Below the pieces are notes generated by a model that had not been told where the DNA came from, made no database searches, and saw only the letters and a program-made list of their open reading frames with translations. Both the position numbers and the translations under genes were made by a program. 64,000 nt of DNA from Dimorphilus gyrociliatus (Eukaryota > Animalia > Annelida), in NCBI GenBank assembly GCA_904063045.1, contig CAJFCJ010000003.1, forward strand, positions 868,001 to 932,000, given 5' to 3'. Below are positions 55,620 to 64,000 of the stretch, piece by piece (within the stretch, counting starts at the first letter, position 1; the number at the start of each line of letters is the position of its first letter).

Positions 55620-56692
55620 TCTAGTTAGTGAGGAGAATGAAAATATTGTAATCTATACAATTTGTCTAATGTTTAATATGTATTGTTTCATTGTCCGTCT
55701 TAACATATTGTTAGAGTTAAGGAGTTAAGTTATTGTTAGGCCTAATGGAGTTCTATCTTGCTTGAAAAAAAGGCCAAATGGTGGATTTGTACTTGAAAAA
55801 ACTCAATATTTTATATCGACTTGTATCCATTTATTAATGTATAATAAGTATAAAAAAACTGTTAACCCGTGTAGATAAATCATACGTATTTTTTTTGCAT
55901 AGCTTGTGTTCTAAAAGACTAATTAGAATATAATAACATATTTTTGTAATGTTTTAACCTTGATAATTGTCCACCTTGTTTATTTAAAGTTACAGAATAG
56001 TGATAGGCTGTTTTGAATTCAATAATTTAACAAAGAAATGCATAGTTCTCATTTGAAAAGTAGTTAAATACAAGGGATAAGATTAAATATTTTGTTATTT
56101 ATGATTTGTAATAATCATGTAAAATTGTAAAAAATATATAGTATTTGTAATATAGATTTCTTTTAACAATAATAAAGTCAATTGTATTTATCATTACAAA
56201 AACTATCTTATGTTAAAAATGAATAAATATTTTACATTAAAGAAAAAGTTTAAAAAGTACGCTTTTCAATTACTTTCATATTTTTCAACATATGTTGAAA
56301 AGTAATAAAAAGGTATATATATAGGGAATTACAATCTGCAAATGTTGACAGTTAAAAAGAACTGCACGATCATACCTCTTATTATAATATAATTAAATTT
56401 AATTTAAATATATATATAATTATATATCGCGTTTAAATTATTGCATTCTATCTTCCCTAGTTCATATCATGTATATCTAATATAATTATTAATAAGTTTT
56501 AAGAAATTGTAACTTAATACCTTCAATGTTTACCTCAAATAAAAGACATAGATCCAGAAAACGTAGATTGGTATGCAGGGCGAGACCCTAGCGCAAAAAA
56601 AATATAACCAATGAGCGTGTGAACGTATACTCTGATCCAGTATAAAAAACCAAGAATATTATATGAATGCTCATTTGAATAAGTTTTAAATC

Positions 56693-58117
56693 ATGGAGGG
56701 AATAGTTTCAAAGGTATCAATTTTTCATATACTTTTGGGTATCGCTCTTTTAGTGATGTCATCACTTGTAATCTATGATACAGTCATCTTGCAGATGCAA
56801 ATTCATGAAAAAGAAACTGTAAGCATATATACATATACTAAAAGAAAAAAAAAGCCTGTAAAAATCACTCTGATTCATTGAATCTATTTTTTATTAGATT
56901 GAATTGAAAAGAGTTCACGCAGTTCAAAGAAAAAGTGAAAATTCAAAAGAAATCATTGAGAAAATGGTAAGATTGTTTTTAATTTCTTTAACGCTTATAA
57001 ATATTTATAGTATATTTAATTTTCTATTTAAATATTGTAGCCAATACTTAAAAGAGTGAAGAGACGAGCACAATGCAGCAGAAAGGAATGCAGGAGGCTT
57101 TTTAAGTTTTGCGAAAGCAAACGTCATTCTGAGAAATGTAAAGATTTTAAATCAAAAACTTCGTGCTCAACAAGAGATTGTCCAGTATGTATCATATATA
57201 ATCCTTAATCATTAATCTATTGTATTCTGTTTTACAGATATTGAAAAGCATAGAAAATCTTCACTCGAAAATATCATTTATTTTTGATAATTTGCAGCAA
57301 TTTAGGGAAAGATCTAAGAAATATGAAGTAAGTTTGCTGTAAACAATATTCCTTTGATAGACTACTTACATTTATGATTTCTTTTTAAAGAATCATCTCC
57401 CATTAAACACAACCCAATTGATGCTTTTCAATCCGATCCCATTGAAATCAGATGAAGATTATCATTGTCGCAGTCTAGAAACAGGGGCTTCTCTATATTC
57501 AAAAGAACCTTACTGTCAAATAAAAGATAACCGAGGTTTTTGGGAGACTGTAATAAGAAATTGGACGGTGGAAACTTCGAAACATGCAAACAATACGCAA
57601 ATTGGAGAATTCAATATAACATCTGGGGATTTAAAAATAAAAAAATTGGGCTATTATTGGATTCATGCACAGGTACAAAGGGAAAGAACAGCTACCATTT
57701 AAACATGATTAATAACTTTTTTTTTGCTTTATTTAGATAACCTTCTTTAATGATGTAAATCGTAACGGCTTCAAGATAAATAAAATTTCTGAGGTCAAAA
57801 AAGTTCAAACTTTATCAACGTGTATTAATACTGCTGGTCTTAATAAAGTTACTTATTCAGAAATTACAGATAATGAAAAAACAAAAAAAATAGATTCAAT
57901 GGAAGAAACTGAGAAACGTAAAAAATATCAAGAAAAGTTTAAATATGACAACAAAATTTATAAACTGGCCCTGGAAGAGCAATATACATCTTGCTCAACA
58001 TCAGTAGTTACTTATTTAAATAAAGGAGATAAAATATTTTTGTCGACCTTTTACCCTAAAAATAAAATTGCAGTCGAAAATCGAACCTCTTTTTGGAGAT
58101 TGATAAAATTGGGGTAG
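56693..58117 (+). CDS. TNF-superfamily ligand 2, type II TM with furin-type site RVKR; six exons
   Basis: TM IFHILLGIALLVMSSLVIY; stalk LKRVKRR; THD motifs GDLKIKKLGYYWIHAQ-ITFF, LSTC...YTSCSTS, LNKGDKIFL and TSFWRLIKL. Confidence 0.85.
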
Positions 58118-59319
58118 AGTATTTTGAGTAATAAAAAAATGATAAACAATTTTCTTTCTCTTGTTCCCTACACCTGGCCCTCTCAAAAAAGAAGTTAAAA
58201 GATCGCAAACATTACTTAATCAACTTACTGTCAAATTATTTATTATATCTGCAAAGATTTATCACTTAATTGTATCGATTATCAATTATATCACTTGCCT
58301 GTTTAACTAATTTTGTACCGTTTTGTATAGTAAAAGTCATAAAATATTGACACTTGAACTATCTATTATATTTGAAATACAAATAAACATTATCATAAAA
58401 AATAATTTGAATATTACGTATTTATTTTAATATCACATTTCGATGTATTACTTTAAGCGAAAAGTAATAATTATGCATCCTGGAAGTTCCTACAGTAGTT
58501 AAAAATTGCTAAAATCTTCTGAATACACGAAATTCTATCCTTTCTATAATAAACTATTATATATAAATACTAGGTATTCAAAAAAAGTTTATTCCGAGAT
58601 GTATCCTTTATATTTTCATGCCTATTCAATGGCATGAGCGCGCAATTGCTTTTTTGAAAGGAAAAATGAATAGTCTTAATTTATTAAGGTCTGTTTTTCT
58701 TTAACCTAAAACTATTTATATATTTATTTTTAAATTCTATATTTCTTTAATATCAATGAATAGGTTATATAATAGTTGAACAACGTTCATGCTGCAACGT
58801 ATATTTCTTGTCGTTCAAGCTTCATTTTTTATCTCTCTTTCTACTATTTTGTTTTTTATAATCAATTTACTTCCTTGTTTACACAATATAAAAGCTAAAT
58901 AGTACTGAATATAGGTAATAAGCATATTATTACTCATTTGAAAAAACAGTATAAATTATAAAGAATCCGAAAAATTCCTTGTTTCCCTAATGTCATGCAT
59001 TAATTCTAGTAATACTAATTATCTTAAGGATGGAAATATCTGTATCTTCGAATCTTTCTTATTTGATCTCATAAAGTAAATTATTTGAAGAATGTATAAA
59101 TGTTAATGTAATTTTATTTTAGTCAGTTAGATGGCGCATCCTGCTTGAATGACAATAATTCAAGTAATACTGTGCGTCATTGAATAATATTGGCCTTATA
59201 TCAAAAAAGTGTAGAGAGATTAAGGAAGTTATTTCACCCTTGAACATAGTGCCATATTTTGGGTGACAACATTTTCAAGTTAAGATTAGACATTTTAAAG
59301 ATTAGGCTAGTCTCAACAA

Positions 59320-60096
59320 ATGGAAACATTTAATATGAAATTGAAAGCGATTTATAAATACACAGCTGAAAGAAGTGAAGAAATGAATATAGAACCTAAT
59401 CAAAACTTAAAGTTATTATACAGAGAAAATTCATGGCTGAAAGTGGAAAATAATTTAGGGGAATCCGGTTTTGTTCCTCTCAACTACGTAGAATTTCAGA
59501 AAACAAAAGTTAAAGCAAAGTTCAGGTTCATCGCAAGAGATATCAGCGAATTAACGATATCAGTAATAGAAATATTTTAATAAACTAAATGCAAATAATT
59601 AAAATCCTATGTTTTATTTCTTTAGCCAAATGAAATCCTGTTAGTAATAAATCAAGAAGGTGAAGAATGGTTAAGAGTTGAAAATCAAAATAATGAGAAG
59701 GGTATGGTCCCAGTTCGCTACGTAGAAGAAATTCCATCTTGGGATTATTATAGAGAAACTGCTGTCGGTGAATTTGCTGGAAGAGATTGGTATTACGGAA
59801 GTCTTTCCCGTGAACAAGCTATTGCTTGCTTGGGAGAAGGAGACGTTGGTGATTTTTTGATAAGAGATAGAGGTCAAGATGGTTATTCAATATCAATACT
59901 AAGCTCCAGTAGGAAGGTTATACATTTAAAAATTTATCGAGGTCCCCTCGGACGTGTGACAATTGGTGATGAGAGACAGGAAACTTTTGAATCAATTCAC
60001 AATTTGATAAGCAATTTTGCTGTTGATTATATCCACGAAGATAGAAAAACGAAGGAAAAAACTTTTCTAGTAAAAGCTTTCGGAGCTAAAAACTAA
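59320..60096 (+). CDS. Nck/Dock-like adaptor with SH3-SH3-SH2 architecture; exons 59320-59562 and 59626-60096
   Basis: SH3 motifs GFVPLNYVE and GMVPVRYVE. SH2 WYYGSLSREQA...GDFLIRD...EKTFLVKAF parallels Nck SH2 (WYYG.VTR.QAE...EGDFLIRD...EKLYLVK). Confidence 0.85.
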
Positions 60097-62837
60097 TGGC
60101 ATAAGCTTGAAACAAAAAGTTTACTTGCTTTTTAAAAATATAGATTACAAACTAATCGTTAAATGATAGAAAATTGAGTGTGTTTAATGTTCTTTAATAA
60201 AATATAGCCTAGAGTACAAAAAGTAATAAATAATATTTTCAGGCATCCATTTCTTGCTCAACTATTGTTCATTTTAAGAAGACAAACTAATATACTATAT
60301 AAAATGCAGATGGCGCTAAGCATTCACAATGAATCTAATATTACAGTATGTAATTTGAAGAAAGTATCTGTAGAATATTCCTAAAGTAAAAATATTTTCT
60401 CCTTAATAAACTACATTTATTAAAAAACTTTTAAAAGCTGAGCGATATAAGAATATTTCTTGGTTCCTCCGCCAACAACCATATTACGATTTTATAACGA
60501 TAATATGCAGTAGTACTGTTTTTCCAGGGAAATCTGTAGAGCTCAACCAGCACAAATGACATTGTACGAACTTTGCTTACAGATAGATTAGCAAATCCAT
60601 TATAGTTACAATAGGCTAAATTGTGTAAAGTCTTTTGTTTTTCATTACAGAGCCAATTTGTTTATATCTTTCATGAGTTTATATCCTCAATTGTGTGTAA
60701 TTATTTAACAATCTCTGATTCCTTTTAGCGATTTGTTTTTGGGAGAATTCCCTTTAAAGAGCTATTTAATATAAAAATGCTGTAGTACGAGTGAAATGAT
60801 TAACTGGATGCATGTAAACAGTAATATGTATATGTATACATACATAGAAATATATTACTCTCTTAATCCTATTGAGGATAAAAAGAGTAACTAGATAAGT
60901 CCAAAATCACCATGTAAATAAGATTCAATCGCTTTAAGTAACGTCACCATACATATTTATTATATACTAATATACATATATATATTAATGTATAATCATT
61001 CTTTGCATTTGTAGATCTCAAATCAAAACGGAATCTAAAAGTTATCTCCTTCCGTTGATCAACGTCTAATCATAATAATTTCCTAAAGATGAATCCAATA
61101 TCGATATTAATAGCAGAACTTGGGTGCAAATAAACATTTTTAGCATAAAAATGTATGAATTTTACATATTTTTTATCTAGTTTCTCATTATAAATGCATT
61201 GCTTAGCTTATTATAGAAATTTTCGATTGAACGAAGGTCCATTATCACAAGGATTGTAGAGAATTCTACAATTTTTTTCTATCTCCTTTTTGCTTCCTCT
61301 ATATATGTGTTTTCTTCGGAAATTTTTCTCTTGATTAAATGAGTCTTTTCCGTCAGAACTGCTTCCAACCCAGACATTAAACTTAGCTCTTACTTTTTTT
61401 TTTTACAAACTCAATCCAACATCAATTACTAGTCCATATTTAATGGAAAGATGAAATATTATTTACATAGAGGTTTATAAAGGTTGTAGGATGGAAGTAA
61501 ATCCAACATGTATTGGGTTCATATACAACGTTGATATGAAAAATCAGAAGAGTAGAGACTGAGAAAACTATAAACTTTGATAAATCAATTACTTCATTTG
61601 ATCTTAACTATAATGATATAGATGAAAAGGTAAAGTCAGGTTAATTGGACAAGTTTTAAATAGTTTTTACCTATTTTATTTAATATTGTTATTTGGTTTA
61701 AGCTCTATTAACATTTTCGTCATTTATAGAGATTAAAGATAGCTATAGTTATCCAGAAGAGTTAATCTTATACTGTAAATTTACGAGTATTCAATTAATA
61801 TTCTATCTTTTTCACATTATTATATAATCCGGTTGGAAAACAATCCTTTAGAATAAATAACTTATTACGCTGTTTATTCTGAATATTAAAATTAAGTAGT
61901 AGACTACCTATTGAGCGATAAAATAATCATGATAATTATTCTTCAAAGTTTTATGAGCCAAGGCTTTTTACCAATAAAATTTATTTTGTCAGTCTTCTTT
62001 AATGGTCAAAATAAGGCAATGATAATAAAAGATGAAAAGGAATAATGAAAAAGTAAAAGAAAATGATAGTAAATTCAACTTTTGTAAGCTAGTTTACGTA
62101 CAAAAAAAAAGAACAAACCGAAAATTAATAGGCTGCAAACTATTACATTAAGTACACGTTAAATTTTATTAATAATACCCATAAAGGTATCGATAAAAGA
62201 GCAATATCCTTTAAAATGACTTTAAAGCTGTTATGTATAAGAATTGGTTTTACAATTGGATAGGTATGATGTGTTGTAAGGATTTAAATGGAGTACGGAA
62301 GGGAGAAACTTCCGGAAGTTGGTTTCCGTTTTGCGTTCTGTTATTTACCAATTGGGAATTTATTCTTAAAATTGATAGGGGGACTTTTTCTATCTATCGT
62401 TCTCTGGATCTATTCTTTCTATAATCCCTTCAAAGCTAATCTTATGAGACAAAAAATAGCTGATACAATAATCCTTATTTATATTCTCACTTTAATGCAT
62501 AATTATTTTGGGTTAGTCTAAATACATAAAGTACAAACTCAAATTTCGCCTTGCAGCTAATCAAATTTCCTATACAACAAGGAAATAATAATGCTCCTAT
62601 ACTAATTGAATATAGTAAATGAAAGAGCACAAATATAGAGGTTGTTACTATTAAAATACTATAAGAAACCAGTCTGACTCATAATTTGCAATATATTTAT
62701 GCTCCTTTAATTAATTTAACCATTTCTATTATTTTGTTACTTTTGATGATATGTTTAGTAGTTAAATATATGATTAGATAAATTATTTAAATAAATTTAA
62801 CTGGTATATTGGCACGACGCGCTCCCGTGAACTCAAC

Positions 62838-62845
62838 ATGCAAAT
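62838..62845 (+). promoter_or_regulatory. Octamer ATGCAAAT 70 bp upstream of the U1 start
   Basis: Exact octamer, a motif established in vertebrate snRNA enhancers. Confidence 0.45.
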
Positions 62846-62907
62846 GAGGCACAAGAGTGTCTTTCCTATTTTTTGCTATACATGTTTACCGGCAACCCAT
62901 ATTAAGC

Positions 62908-63071
62908 ATACTTACCTGGCAGGGGGAATCGCCGCGATCAAGAAGGCGGCTTCCTCAGACTGAGGCCTTTCCATTGCACTCCGGATTGGTTGACGTCTGC
63001 GATCATCTCACATTGAGATGACTCGACTGTACAATTTTTGTTAGTGGGAGATCAGCGTTCGCGCGGTCTCC
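62908..63071 (+). ncRNA. U1: U1 spliceosomal snRNA
   Basis: 5' end ATACTTACCTGG; U1-70K loop GATCAAGAAG; U1A loop CCATTGCACTCC; SL3 CATCTCA-CAT-TGAGATG; Sm site AATTTTTG (63033-63040); SL4 with GCG-TTCG-CGC tetraloop; length about 164 nt. Confidence 0.97.
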
Positions 63072-64000
63072 TTATTTTCTAAAGAAAAATATTTATGTCT
63101 ACTATGCGTTATTAGTGTGTAGAATAAATTAGGACAATGTTATTGTAACCATGTATGCCATGATTATTAACAGAAGGGACTCTCGGTGATTTAGTCTGTC
63201 TCTTGTATTTTTTACAAAAGATGTTGCATCATTAGGAGACTTTAGAAAAGTGACAAACGTGACGAGAAAACTCTTTTATACTTAAAAGGTTGTATGGTCT
63301 ATAATTTTTCCTCACAAAAAGCTAGTCTTTGTATATCTATTTTGGAGAGCGTTTGCTTGTAAAAAGAGACGCCTCGATATATACATGTCCAAAAAACGTA
63401 CTCTTTTATAATATTGCACAAACAGACAGAAAAAGAAATTTTACATCTAAGACAGACTTGTCGTATTGCTTTTAAAAGTGCAATACGAATTCGCGGAATC
63501 TAGGATAATTATTCTTCAATTTCGAGGTTTCTTCCTCAGTTTAAGCTCTAATAATCGTTCCTTTAGTCAATCTAGTATGTCAACTGGAAAAAAATTGCAG
63601 TAGGGTATAATTTAAATCAAGGTTGGCGAAGTCCATTTCGTAGTAAATTACAAATAAGTAAAAGGACAGAAATGTAAACAATATCAATACCTTTTATTAC
63701 TATATTCGTTTATAGAAAAGAATTTATTCCAGCCAAGCGTACGACATCTTGCGGATCTCGTAAATAAGAAACCCCACCCTAGACTTCTTAAATAATATCT
63801 CCTTGCAAGAAAAAAATCTAAGAAAAAGAGAAAACCTGCCTAGCGTATGCCTATTAAAAGGAAAAAAATGAGTTCCATTAGTAAGCTCTATTCGCCGATC
63901 ACAAGATTCGATAATTTATTATGAATATTTAAAGTAGCATTCTTATATTAAATCACTTTCACTATTAGTGAAATGAGGTTTTTGTTAAATGCGGCAGAAG

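Noticed and set aside
60380-61420. Short stop-free stretches on the minus strand after the Nck-like gene
   Set aside because: No consistent start, splice chain or recognisable motif; cannot be supported without RNA data.

Overview
This is AT-rich, gene-dense invertebrate animal DNA with very short GT-AG introns (mostly about 50-100 nt). The gene content (tektin-3/5, peritrophin-A modules, TNF ligands) suggests a compact spiralian genome, possibly an annelid; this is inference only. From left to right the window holds: about 11 kb of mostly non-coding sequence with two unassigned minus-strand exons; a PTB/PID-domain protein with an Arg/Asp-rich tail; an FMRFamide-receptor-like GPCR; tektin-3/5 with RFX X-boxes; and a type II SEA-mucin of roughly 2,300 aa carrying about 29 EGF-like and 10 chitin-binding (CBM14) modules, built by exact 597-bp exon+intron duplications. 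These are followed by a tandem DUF1330-like gene, a PDE2-like gene that has lost its metal-binding residues, and a long-chain acyl-CoA synthetase. An immunity-like block at 41.7-60.1 kb contains a macro-like + RING + Deltex ligase, a LamG/pentraxin-like protein, two macrodomain genes with no PARP catalytic domain, two TNF ligands with greatly enlarged inter-cysteine loops, and an Nck-like SH3-SH3-SH2 adaptor. A U1 snRNA gene lies near the right end. No CRISPR array, rRNA, complete tRNA or transposase was found, but probable Tc1/mariner excision footprints recur in TA-rich tracts. All gene models were spliced by eye and family calls rest on remembered motifs, not database searches.
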